DNA of 64,000 bases from an uncultured Pseudomonadota bacterium (GCA_963817785.1 CAWFPL010000008.1:912463-976462); one strand, 5' to 3'. Shown: positions 38,242 to 47,696, numbered from the stretch's first letter. Notes: generated from the sequence alone by a model not told the origin. Numbers and translations: made by a program.

Positions 38242-39629
38242 AGCGTGCGGCCTTCGAGCTGATTAAGAAAGGCCGCCTCCTCCTCCAGGCAGCGCAGGTC
38301 GAGCCACAGCGCGTCGTTGTGAATGCGCCCGATCACAGGAATCGGCAGGGAGCGGAGCGATTGTGCAATGCGCGCGGGCTTCACCGTCGCGGAGGCAATG
38401 CGCAGCGCTGCGCTCGGCAGGCGGTCTACCGGCAACGACCCGCTGCCGACCTGGCTCGCGCAGCCCTCGACCGTCACTTCGGCCTGCGCACCGCAGAAGC
38501 GCTGCACCCGCGGCAGGACACGCTCGGCAAGGGCCGCGATGTCTGCGGCGGGCCGCGTCAGGACCCGAAGCGTGGGCAGTCGCTCGCGTAAGCGCTCCGG
38601 ATCCAGGTACAAGCGCAGTACTGCCTGCAATGAGGCGATGCGGCCCTTGTCCAGTCGCAATGCGCGCTTCATCGGGTTGTTGCGTAGCCTTTCCACGAGC
38701 TCGCGCCGGCCGACGACCAGCCCTGCCTGCGGACCGCCGAGCAGCTTGTCACCGCTGAACGTGACGAGGTCGGCCCCCGCCGCAAGCGCGCGCATGGGCG
38801 TCGGCTCGGCGGGCAGACCCCAGCGCTCGAGCTGTGCGAGGGCGCCGCTGCCCAGGTCGACGATGAACGGTAAACCGTGGGCGTGCGCAAGGCGCGCCAG
38901 CTCGGCTTGCGGCGGGGCGGCGGTGAAGCCCACCAGCGCATAGTTGCTCGGGTGAACCTTCAATATGGCCGCCGTATCAGGGCCGATTACCCTCTGGTAG
39001 TCGACGAGGTGCGTGCGGTTCGTGGTCCCCACCTCGCGCAGGCGGCAGCCCGCCGCCTCGATGATTTCCGGGAGGCGGAACGAGCCACCGATCTCCACGA
39101 GCTCGCCGCGCGACACCGGCACTTCGCGCCCTGCGGCGAGCGCATTGAGCGCGAGCAGCACAGCGGCCGCATTGTTGTTTACGGCGGTGGCCGCCTCTGC
39201 GCCCGTAATGCGGCAAACGAGCATCTCGAGGTGTGAGTCGCGCTCCCCACGTTCGCCCGCCTCGAGGTCGTATTCGAGGTTCAAGGGCTCGGCGAGAGCC
39301 GCGCCACAGGCCTCGATCGCCTCGCGCGGCAGGAGCGCGCGCCCGAGGTTGGTGTGCAGCACTGTGCCGGTGAGGTTGAACACGCGGCGTAGCGTAGGCC
39401 GCGCAGCCGCCTCGAGCCGGCATAGCAGCGCATGCACGACGCCGTCATAGGACAACGCGCCCGCGGCGCCCGCCTTCAGCGCCGCCCGGTGCTCCGCAAG
39501 CAGCGCGCGCAGTTCGGCCACAACCACTTCGCGCGCACAGGTGGCGATGGGCACAGCGAGGCGTGGGTCCCGTAGGATCCGGTCGACCGAGGGGATAGTG
39601 GCGAGCGGCATGGCAATCATCGTACCCAC
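38238..39629 (-). CDS. selA: L-seryl-tRNA(Sec) selenium transferase SelA
   Basis: About 460 aa with [27 protein letters not shown], and [13 protein letters not shown] (PLP-Lys region). The start is ambiguous: GTG 39629, ATG 39620 or ATG 39611. Confidence 0.9.
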   Translation of the reverse strand: MGTMIAMPLATIPSVDRILRDPRLAVPIATCAREVVVAELRALLAEHRAALKAGAAGALSYDGVVHALLCRLEAAARPTLRRVFNLTGTVLHTNLGRALLPREAIEACGAALAEPLNLEYDLEAGERGERDSHLEMLVCRITGAEAATAVNNNAAAVLLALNALAAGREVPVSRGELVEIGGSFRLPEIIEAAGCRLREVGTTNRTHLVDYQRVIGPDTAAILKVHPSNYALVGFTAAPPQAELARLAHAHGLPFIVDLGSGALAQLERWGLPAEPTPMRALAAGADLVTFSGDKLLGGPQAGLVVGRRELVERLRNNPMKRALRLDKGRIASLQAVLRLYLDPERLRERLPTLRVLTRPAADIAALAERVLPRVQRFCGAQAEVTVEGCASQVGSGSLPVDRLPSAALRIASATVKPARIAQSLRSLPIPVIGRIHNDALWLDLRCLEEEAAFLNQLEGRTL

Positions 39630-39686
39630 GCTGAGGTATTCTTAGAAATACGTTCAGGCTCTGGGGCCATACTGGGATGGAATATC

Positions 39687-40610
39687 ATGGAACTGCGCCA
39701 GCTGCGCTACTTTGTGCGTATCGTCGACTTGGGAAGCCTCTCCAAGGCGGCAGCCGACCTCTATGTCGCTCAGCCCGCGCTCTCCAAGCAGATGGCGGCG
39801 TTGGAGGGTGAGCTGAGGACCGCGCTGCTCGTCCGCAGCCCGCGCGGCGTTACCGCGACCGAGGCCGGGCACACCTTCTACCGGCAGGCGCAGTCGGTGC
39901 TGCGGCAGATGGCGCGCATCCCGGACGAGGTCCGCTCAGCCGAGGCCAGCCCCACTGGCGTGGTCGCGATTGGCATGCCGTTTAGCGCCTCCAATATCTT
40001 AGCGCCCGCCCTAGTCAAGGCGGTGGGCGAGCGTCTACCTGGCATTCGGCTGGCCATCACGCAGCAAGGTAGTGGTCAGCTCGAAGGTCTGCTCGCCGGA
40101 GGCCGGCTCGACCTGGGCCTGCTCTACGAACGCGCGCGACCCTCGCCGCAAATCGAGGAGCAGCGACTCCTGACGGAGGAGCTGTACCTTGTCACGCGCG
40201 CGCCTGGCAGTAAGGCAAGCGCTACGCTCGCGGAAGCGGCCCGCCAGCGCCTCATTCTGCCAGGGCCCTTCAATTCGACCCGCCAAGTCGTCGAAAGGGC
40301 CTTTATCAAGGCGGGCCTCGAACTGGGGCTCGCGGCCGAGGTGGATGTGCCCTGGTCGAGCGCCGCGATGGTCGCGGCTGGGCTGGGCGCCACGATCGTG
40401 TCGCGTTCAGCGCTGTACCCGGAGAGGCCCGGAAGTGGCCTCAGCGTCAGGCGGATCGTACGCCCGGCGCTCACCCGCGCGCTGAATCTATGCAACGTCC
40501 GCGGCGAAACACCGGCGCACACGGTGGCGCTGGTGTCGCACACCGTGCGGCAGGTCGCACACGACCTCATCGAGCGCGGCGCCTGGCGCGGGGCGGCCAG
40601 CCATACCTAG
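39687..40610 (+). CDS. LysR-family transcriptional regulator
   Basis: 307 aa with MELRQLRYFVRIVDLGSLSKAAADLYVAQPALSKQMAALE, the LysR HTH. Confidence 0.9.
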   Translation: MELRQLRYFVRIVDLGSLSKAAADLYVAQPALSKQMAALEGELRTALLVRSPRGVTATEAGHTFYRQAQSVLRQMARIPDEVRSAEASPTGVVAIGMPFSASNILAPALVKAVGERLPGIRLAITQQGSGQLEGLLAGGRLDLGLLYERARPSPQIEEQRLLTEELYLVTRAPGSKASATLAEAARQRLILPGPFNSTRQVVERAFIKAGLELGLAAEVDVPWSSAAMVAAGLGATIVSRSALYPERPGSGLSVRRIVRPALTRALNLCNVRGETPAHTVALVSHTVRQVAHDLIERGAWRGAASHT

Positions 40611-40688
40611 TGGTTATACCGGTAGCGCCAACTCGTATTTCCCAGGAATGGCCAGCCCGCCTACCATCGAACCGAACGAGGATTCGTC

Positions 40689-41810
40689 ATGTCCGCTCAA
40701 CTCGCCCCCGCTTCTACGCCAGCCGGCCCGGTGCCAGAAGGCACCGACCTAGTCGAGTGGTACTACGAGCAGGGCTTCTCCGACGGCCTGCCAGTAGTGC
40801 CGCCTACGCCCGCCAAGCTGGCGGCGATGCTTGAGGCGCTCGGCGGCGATCCCGGAAAGCTCGAGGCGCGCGTTCCGCCGCGCTGGGGCGGACTCACGCG
40901 CGAAGTGCTGGCGATAAACATGGTGCTGGCGGGCTGCAAGCCGGAATACGCCCCAGTCGTACGCGCAGCGATACTGGCGCTGTGCGAAACCGCATTCAAC
41001 CTGAACGGAGTGCAGGCCACTACGCACATGGCTTCGCCGCTGCTCGTGGTAAACGGGCCAATCGCGCGCAAGATCGGAATGAACGCCGGGTGCAATGCGT
41101 TCGGCTCGGGCAACCGCGCCAACGCCACTATCGGCCGTGCGATCCGGCTCATCCTTCTCAACGTGGGCGGCGGCTGGCCTGGCGATCTGGACAAAAGTAC
41201 CCTGGGCCATCCCGGCAAGTACACCTACGCGGTCGCCGAGAACGAGGCGTTGGGACTCCTTGCCCCCTACCATGTCGAGAAGGGTTTCAAGGCCGAGGAT
41301 TCCACCGTGTTCCTGATGGCCGCGGAGCCGCCGCACAGCGTTACCAACCATGTTGCCAACGACCCGCAGGGCATCCTCGATTCTATCTGCTCGGCGATGA
41401 GCACGTTCGCGCACAACAATGCGGTGTCGAGCGGCCATTGCGCGGTGGTGCTCGGGCCCGAGCACGCGGCAACGATCGCGAAGCATGGCTGGAAGCGCCA
41501 CGACGTAAAGAACTACCTGTGGACGAACTCGGGCAACAAGTTCGGTCAACTCGCCTTCAACCACCGCTACGGCAAGGTCTACAACCGCAGCCTCCCGGTG
41601 TGGTACAAGAGGGAGCTTGACTCGCACATTCCGATCGTGCCGAGCGCGGAGAACATCCACCTATTCGTCATCGGCGGCGAGGCCGGGCGCTTTTCCGCCT
41701 TCATCCCTGGTTGGGGCCACATGACCTCGCCCGTGCTGCGCGAGATCGAAGGCAACGCCAGGCCGTTGCAGGGCGGCCCGCGCTGTGTCGACGGTACCTG
41801 CTATCTCTGA
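40689..41810 (+). CDS. conserved-looking protein of unknown function (373 aa)
   Basis: A GAGGA RBS precedes the start. Blocks such as GFSDGLPVVPPT, LAINMVLAGCKPEY, FNLNGVQATTHMASP and NRANATIGRAIRLILLNVGG look like a real enzyme, but I cannot assign a family. It lies 16 nt upstream of the selenoprotein gene. Confidence 0.7.
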   Translation: MSAQLAPASTPAGPVPEGTDLVEWYYEQGFSDGLPVVPPTPAKLAAMLEALGGDPGKLEARVPPRWGGLTREVLAINMVLAGCKPEYAPVVRAAILALCETAFNLNGVQATTHMASPLLVVNGPIARKIGMNAGCNAFGSGNRANATIGRAIRLILLNVGGGWPGDLDKSTLGHPGKYTYAVAENEALGLLAPYHVEKGFKAEDSTVFLMAAEPPHSVTNHVANDPQGILDSICSAMSTFAHNNAVSSGHCAVVLGPEHAATIAKHGWKRHDVKNYLWTNSGNKFGQLAFNHRYGKVYNRSLPVWYKRELDSHIPIVPSAENIHLFVIGGEAGRFSAFIPGWGHMTSPVLREIEGNARPLQGGPRCVDGTCYL

Positions 41811-41826
41811 CAAAGGAGGCGTCCTA

Positions 41827-42366
41827 ATGCAACCTGTATATGACCCGCGCGGCGTGGTCGGGGCTGAGAAGAAGGCCACCGCGGCGCGCATCAAGGCGCT
41901 CGACGGACTGCGCCTGGGCATTCTCGACAACACCAAATGGAATGCCAACAAGCTCCTTCGCGAACTGCGGGATCAGCTGCAGACCGGACACCCGCTCGCC
42001 GAGGTCCACTATTACCGCAAGGAGAGCTTTTCGCGGTTCGCCGCCCCCGAGCTTATCGAGCAAATCCGCGCTGAGAACGACATCGTCGTCACCGCCATCG
42101 GCGACTGAGGCTCGTGCACGTCGTGCTGTATGCATGACGGCATCAGTCTGGAGTCGCTGGGCGTACCGACCGCGGTGATCGTGACGACGGTGTTCCTGCA
42201 CGAAGCGCGCGTGCAGCGTGAGGCGCTCGGGATGACCGGCATCGTACCGGTGGTGATCGAGCACCCGCTCTCGTCGCTGTCGGATGAGGAGATCCGCGGC
42301 CGCGCGGCACAGGCGCTCGCCCAGGTGATCGGCGTGTTGCAGGGCACCCAGCCCGATCCCTTATGA
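41827..42366 (+). CDS. selenoprotein with in-frame UGA (Sec) at 42106-42108, motif AIGD-U-GSCTSCC (UGSC-type)
   Basis: Track ORFs 41785..42108 and 42130..42366 are in the same frame and are separated only by this TGA. ATG 41827 follows AAGGAGG. GC3-rich coding continues across the TGA. A SECIS-like hairpin lies just downstream, and selABC are nearby. The stop overlaps the next gene (ATGA). Confidence 0.75.
42114..42143 (+). promoter_or_regulatory. bacterial SECIS-like stem-loop
   Basis: gtgc(a)cgtcgtgc-tgtat-gcatgacggcat forms about 12 bp with a bulged A at 42118. The 5-nt loop UGUAU contains GU, and the apex lies about 20 nt 3' of the UGA. Confidence 0.55.
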
Positions 42367-43592
42367 GCGGCGTGCTCGAGGGCCTCATGGTCCTCGACCT
42401 TACGCGCTTCCTCTCGGGCCCCCACTGCACCCTGCTGCTTGCGGGCCTGGGTGCGGAGGTGATCAAGATCGACGAGCCAGCGCGGGGCGACCCGGCGGCG
42501 CTCGCACCCCCTTTCGCGGGTCCCGCGGGCGCCTCCCTTGAGCGCGCCTCGCCCGGCGACTACGGCATCGCCTATCTCAAGCGCGCGCGCGGCAAGCAGT
42601 CCGCCATGCTCAATCTCAAGGACCCGCGCGGATGCGAACTCTTCGTGCGCCTTGCCGAACGCGCGGACGTCGTGGTGGAGAACTTCCGACCAGGGGTGGC
42701 CGAACGTCTCGGCATCGGTTACGAAGTGCTCGCAGCGCGCAACCCGCGCCTCGTCTATTGCGCGCTCTCCGGCTACGGCGCCACAGGGCCTGATAAGGAC
42801 TTGAAGGCGTACGACCTGATGGCGCAGGCCGCGGCCGGGCTTATGAGCATCACCGGCGCCCCCGAGGGGCTACCGATGAAGACCGGCGGCGCGCTTTCCG
42901 ACATGATCGCCGGCTCGTACGCCGCGCTTGGCATCGTGGCGGCGCTCCACGCCCGGGACCGGACTGGGTTCGGGCAAGCGATCGACGTGTCAATGCTGGA
43001 TTGCCTGTTCTCGATGATGATGGACGAGCCACTCGACTGCTACGAGAAGCTCGGGCTGGCTGCGCGCCAGGGCAACCGCATCATGCGCTTCTCGCCGTTC
43101 AACGCCTTTCGCGCGCGCGACGGCTGGGTGACGGTCGGCGCGGCCACGCAAGACGAGTGGAATGCGTTGCTCGAAGCCATCGACCGCAATGACCTGCGCG
43201 CCCACGCGGGGTTCAGCCGGGTCGAGTGGCGCATCGCGCACAACGAGGATGTCGATCGTATTGTCGGCGAATGGACCGCGCATCTCACCGTGCGAGAGGT
43301 GATCGACCGTCTGCGCCGCGCAGACGTGCCTTGCGCTGCCGTGCGGACGCCGCAGGAAGCAATTGCGTGCGCACAGCTGAAGATGCGGGGCATGGTGCAA
43401 GAGTTGCGCCGCCCTGACGGGAGCGGCACAGGCGTCGCGGCGGCGGACATACCACTCAAGTTCAGCCGTTCTGCTGCATCGCACGATCGACCTGCACCGG
43501 TGCCGGGCGCGCAGACCGCGGCCGTGCTGGAAAGGTTTCTAGGCCTTTCCGCGGGCGAGATCGCCCATTTCCAAGCGCAAGGAATCGTCTAG
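42363..43592 (+). CDS. family III CoA-transferase
   Basis: 409 aa with GLMVLDLTRFLSGPHCTLLLAGLGAEVIKIDEP and ENFRPGVAERLGIGY. ATGA overlap with the selenoprotein stop. Confidence 0.85.
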   Translation: MSGVLEGLMVLDLTRFLSGPHCTLLLAGLGAEVIKIDEPARGDPAALAPPFAGPAGASLERASPGDYGIAYLKRARGKQSAMLNLKDPRGCELFVRLAERADVVVENFRPGVAERLGIGYEVLAARNPRLVYCALSGYGATGPDKDLKAYDLMAQAAAGLMSITGAPEGLPMKTGGALSDMIAGSYAALGIVAALHARDRTGFGQAIDVSMLDCLFSMMMDEPLDCYEKLGLAARQGNRIMRFSPFNAFRARDGWVTVGAATQDEWNALLEAIDRNDLRAHAGFSRVEWRIAHNEDVDRIVGEWTAHLTVREVIDRLRRADVPCAAVRTPQEAIACAQLKMRGMVQELRRPDGSGTGVAAADIPLKFSRSAASHDRPAPVPGAQTAAVLERFLGLSAGEIAHFQAQGIV

Positions 43593-44229
43593 CGACCATC
43601 GCTGGTAGGGATGGAACGTGCACGCCGCCATCGTTCCTCACAGGCCATAGCTTGGATCCGCCTGTTGAATTCCGAAACGCTTTGACCCGCATTTTCGTCT
43701 CGTGTTGACGCGGGTGAAGTCTCGAAGCCTGTGCGAAATCAGACGGCCCCGTGACTGGCGTCGTGGGCAGCGACGGAACCACGATTGACGAGCAGCGCGC
43801 CGCGCTCGCCCAGATCGTAGAGTGGAGCGGATCGAGTTCGACCCGGCGACAGGCGAAGGCCGGGTGATTTACCGGCTCCCGCTCGGTGCCGGGGCCCGGT
43901 TCAACATGCGGAAAGCCGCTCGGGAGCTAGGGCTCTCCGCGAGCGAGGTATGGATGGCGTCCCCACGGGGATCTGAGCTTTGCGCTTCAGAGACGCTGAG
44001 CTGGGAGTATCGAGCAGCGGCTTGACGCGCTGAGCGCGTTTCCAGCGTTCTCAAGCTAGGGGGGTAGCAGCTCGCGCGGCTGCGCGTAGCAAGACGCAGC
44101 CTGACCGTGATTTCGAGCTGTCTTGGGGTGCTGGCAGCGCGCGCTAGGGGGGCATGATCCCTGAGCTGTTTCATCGCTCGCTGAGCGTTTCTAGCGCGTT
44201 CCAGATAGGGGGGAAACAGAGGTCTAGTA

Positions 44230-45411
44230 CGGTGACACGTTAATTACGCAACATAGTGATGGCCGAGCTTTCGATCCGCATCTTGGCGCGTGAAGGTCCA
44301 GTCGATGCCGCGGCCCTCGGCGTTGCGCCGGCGTTCCCAGGCGTTGAGCTCGCGCTGCGCGCGGGCTCGGTCCATCAATCGCCGCCCGAGGCATTGACGC
44401 TCCAGGATACTGATCTCGGTCTCCGCCATGTTCAGCCAACTGGCGTGCTTGGGCGTGTGGTGAAACTGCACGCGTCGCAGCAGGGCGTGAGCGGCCGAGC
44501 GGCCCAGGACCTCCTCGAAGCACGAACGGAAGTGGGTATTGAGGTTGTCCAGAACCAAATGGACCTTCTGGGCCGAGGCGTAGGTGCGTTCCAGCAGTTG
44601 GCGCACGAAGCCGACGAACTCGGGCTTGGTTCGGCGCTCGGTCACCTCGATCGTGCGACGCCCTGCCTTGGGTTCGACCGCCACGAACACGTTGCAGGTG
44701 CCTTGGCGCACGTATTCGTAATCGCATTTGCCCGGTCTGCCGGGCTTCATGGGCAGCGGCGCTCGGCTGTCTCGGATCAATTGCTTGCTCTTCTCGTCGA
44801 TGCAGATCACGGGCTCGCGCGCGCGATAGGGCTGCGCATAGAGCTCGAGCACGTCGTACATGCGTCGACGGTACTCCTCGGTCAACACCCCGATGCACCA
44901 CATCAGCTTGCGCCAGGGCTTGAGGCGGTTTTTTTTAGCAGCCGGCGCACGCTCTCGCGACTGATCCGGCGCATCTGCGGGTGGCGGCGCGCCGCCCGGG
45001 TCAGCAACGCCACCGTCCAGCGTTTGGCCCCCTGGGGCGGTGAGGAGCATGCCAAGGCGCTCACCTCGGCCAGCGCCTCGGCTCGGTACTGCTGGGGTTT
45101 GCCCGGGCGCGCCACATCGCGCAGCGCAAAGTCCAAGCCTCCCTCCAAGTATGCCGCCCGGGTGCGCCAGATCGCGGTACGGCCCACCCCGAGCACCTCC
45201 ATGATCTGGCGCTCGGGCACGTTTCGATCCAAGGCCGCAAGGATGTGGGCGCGGTTGAACTCGCGCGCCCTGTGTGCACCCTTGGATCGGAACTGCTGCA
45301 CCGCTTCACGCTCCCGCTTGCTCAAGGTCAGCTCGGTTTGGCGCATCGCCCATGCTCCTCGTTCGGTGGGGATGCGCCATGATACTATGTTCCGTAATTA
45401 ACGTGTCTGCG
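44230..45411 (-). mobile_element. IS630-family insertion sequence (1182 bp) with TA target duplication in CTAG
   Basis: The terminal inverted repeats are cggtgacacgttaattacgcaacatagt and the reverse complement of actatgttccgtaattaacgtgtctgcg. Flanks read ctagTA|IS|TActag. Confidence 0.85.
44244..45346 (-). CDS. IS630-family transposase (two frames joined by a -1 frameshift at an A8 run)
   Basis: ORF 44903..45346 carries the HTH part and ORF 44244..45050 carries the DDE part. They overlap at the A8 run (plus-strand T8 at 44929-44936), and ...RRLLKK|NRLKPWRK reads through after a -1 slip. Confidence 0.8.
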
Positions 45412-45864
45412 TACTAGCTGCGCGAAACGCGGCAGCACCGCTTCTGACCGTGATTTCGAGCTGCATCGGGCTGCAGTGTAGCTGCCGATCTGTGCTGCCA
45501 GCTTGCGGCAATAAGAGTCAATTATGAACGGATCGGCGCAAGACGATTCGGATGGTATAGATCCATCACGCCATGTAAGTCGCAGCAAACGCGTCGTACT
45601 CAGCCTCAGACTTACAAGTGCGCTGTTCCGTTGCCGATAGGGTCAATGTACAGATGGCCAGCGGCACCGAGTTCGAGTGTCTTACGGATCCAATGCCGAA
45701 AAAACTTACATAAAAGTGAATGGCCACCGAATTCGGTAACGGGATTTTTCGCATGCAACTGATTATGCTAATTTCTTCTTGGTTGGCATGAGCTTTGCTT
45801 GCAATATTCGAACAGGCTCGCAAGCTCGACGCAGTCCTCGATCGAAACCATGTGGAGGATCAAG

Positions 45865-46575
45865 ATGATCAAGCTAAGGCAGTTTCTGGGCCGGGCCACC
45901 ATCGTGGGCGCCGCCATTGCTGGGCTTGTCGCGGTCTCTGCGGCGCAGGCCAGCGTCGTGGTGCTCAACTTCGCCGGCCTGAATGGCGATGCCCAAGAGC
46001 ACCCGTTGACCTATTACGACGGCGGTTCCGGTAGCCTCGGTTCCGGACCCGGACCGAACTACGGCATCGTCTTCGGCACCGATGCGTTGGCCTGCAGCGG
46101 ACAGCCTGGGGGTAATTGCAACAGCAGTGCGATTCCGGGTGGCCCCGGCGCGAATCTCCTGTTCTTCCTGACCGGGCCCGGTGACATGATGAATGTCCCC
46201 GCCGGATTCGATACCGGCTTTTCTTTCTTCTACAGCGCCATCAACAACCCTGGCAACGTCGATGTCTGGTCGGGACTGGATGCCACCGGGTCGCTCCTGG
46301 CGACAATCAATCTTCCCGTGACGCCCAGCACGCCCGGCTCCAACGGCTGCTACCCCTCGGGATCCTTCTGCCCATATATGGCAGCCGGTGCCAGCTTTGC
46401 GGGAACGGCCTTGTCGGTCAACTTCAGCGGCACGGCCAACCAGATCGCATTTGCCGACATCACATTGGGTTCGGCGAATGCCGGTGGCACCACGGTTCCT
46501 GAGCCGGCAACGCTCGCTCTCCTTGGCATCGGTCTAGCCGGACTCGGATTCTCGCGCCGCCGCAAGCTGAGCTGA
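45865..46575 (+). CDS. PEP-CTERM sorting-domain secreted protein
   Basis: ATG 45865 follows GGAGGA. It has a signal peptide (GAAIAGLVAVSAAQA) and the C-terminal VPEPATLALLGIGLAGLGFSRRRK, which is the PEP-CTERM anchor. Confidence 0.85.
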   Translation: MIKLRQFLGRATIVGAAIAGLVAVSAAQASVVVLNFAGLNGDAQEHPLTYYDGGSGSLGSGPGPNYGIVFGTDALACSGQPGGNCNSSAIPGGPGANLLFFLTGPGDMMNVPAGFDTGFSFFYSAINNPGNVDVWSGLDATGSLLATINLPVTPSTPGSNGCYPSGSFCPYMAAGASFAGTALSVNFSGTANQIAFADITLGSANAGGTTVPEPATLALLGIGLAGLGFSRRRKLS

Positions 46576-46596
46576 GTAGTCAGCGTCACTCACAGG

Positions 46597-46625
46597 AAGC
46601 CCGCTATGTGCGGGCTTTCTTGTTT
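46597..46625 (+). terminator. rho-independent terminator
   Basis: An aagcccgc / gcgggctt 8-bp stem with a 5-nt loop is followed by tcttgttt. Confidence 0.75.
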
Positions 46626-46933
46626 CCGCGCTGCTGTGCGCTTCCAGGAAGGTTTGAGTGTGGAGCGTCTTATTGCTTCCGCTCATCGCACCCCGCGCCG
46701 CGCTCCCACCGGCCGCAGGGGTCGACCACGACGAGCCGGTGCTGCTCGCACTAGAGGTGCCCCCTCCCTTTGTCCCCTTGGTGCCGGAATACTACGCCCG
46801 CTCAAATCTGCTGCGGGGAGGAAATCCACAGAGGGAGAGACGGCCGTTTTATCCGTATGTCCCGTTGGCGCCGACGAGCCGGTTATAGGTTGCGGCTAGA
46901 TTGAGGGCAGAAGAGCACGGGCCTGCACCGAGG

Positions 46934-47575
46934 ATCGAGTAGGGCGGGAGGTTACCCTCCCGGCCCTCTCACACCACCGGACGTGCGGTTCCGCATCCGG
47001 CGGTTCATGAAGCACACTGGAGGCGCTGCTGAGTAGCGAGCAACGAGACCAGCCCCATGTGAGTGAAGGAGGACGTGGGAAGCGCCTGGTTCAGGTGCGA
47101 GGCCCCGGCGTTCCACCAGGGGCCGCGCCCGTTCACCGAGGACTTCCACGCCCGCTCGGGGTCGAGCCCCAGAGCAATCAGGCGGCGCCGGCGCGTGGCC
47201 GGGCGCTTCCACTGCCGCCACAGTAGGCAGCGCAGCCGCCGCCGCAGCCACTGGTCGAGCTCTTCCAGGACGCGGACCCCCGGCGCGTGCCGGAAGTATC
47301 CGATCCAGCCCCGCAGCAGCGGGTTCAGATCCTCGATCGTGTGCCGCAGCGACCGACCGCGCCCTATGCGCAGCAGTTCCCGCACCCGCTCCTTGAACCG
47401 GGTCACGCTCTGCGCAGCGATGCGCAGCCTCGTGTCCCGCTGTGCCGTAACGCTGTAGCCGAGGAACTTGCGCTTCCACGGTCGTTCCACCGCGCTCTTG
47501 GCCGTGTTCATGCGCAGCTTGTTAACGGGGGTCGAGAACCGCGTGTTGCTGGGGTTTGACGCGCAGCGCCCCTAA
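46934..47575 (-). mobile_element. group II intron 3' remnant (truncated IEP, domain V, domain VI)
   Basis: A maturase-domain ORF is followed by a domain V-like hairpin at 46973-47005 (ACCGCCGGAUGCG-GAAC-CGCACGUCCGGUGGU with a 2-nt bulge). A GC-rich domain VI-like hairpin ends ...CCCUACUCGAU at 46934. Confidence 0.6.
47005..47511 (-). pseudogene. group II intron reverse transcriptase/maturase, C-terminal fragment only
   Basis: NTAKSAVERPWKRKFLGYS...LNPLLRGWIGYFRHA...LRCLLWRQWKRP is the GIIM maturase pattern. The RT palm/finger domains are absent upstream. Confidence 0.7.
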
Positions 47576-47628
47576 AATCCTTCGCCGCGTAGGTTCGATG
47601 AATTTCTGATCGTGCGCTCACCCGCGCA

Positions 47629-47696
47629 GGGATATCCACGGCGGCGCGCGGGCGGCGATCAAGACGCACGCGAACGCGTGCCGCGGTGGATATCCC
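47629..47696. repeat. 17-bp inverted repeat (1 mismatch) with a 34-nt spacer
   Basis: gggatatccacggcggc (47629-47645) pairs with gccgcggtggatatccc (47680-47696). Confidence 0.6.

Larger units (their letters stand above)
44029..45470. repeat. degenerate ~150-bp direct repeats; the second copy is split by IS630
   Basis: The blocks gctgagcg(c)gtttc[ct]agcg...[ct]aggggggNagcag and ctgaccgtgatttcgagctg each occur twice. The first block is at 44029 and 44181. The second is at about 44101 and about 45442. The motif ctagggggg/ataggggggg occurs three times. Confidence 0.55.

Noticed and set aside
43822-44025. 67-aa ORF between the CoA-transferase and the repeats
   Set aside because: It has no RBS, starts with GTG, has no motif, and its 3' half runs into the degenerate repeat region. 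I cannot support it as a gene.
44029-45470. The repeated blocks as a CRISPR array belonging to the nearby cas genes
   Set aside because: The repeat period is about 150 bp. The units are degenerate rather than identical 28-37 bp repeats, and there is no regular spacer structure. They lie 13 kb away on the wrong side of cas3.
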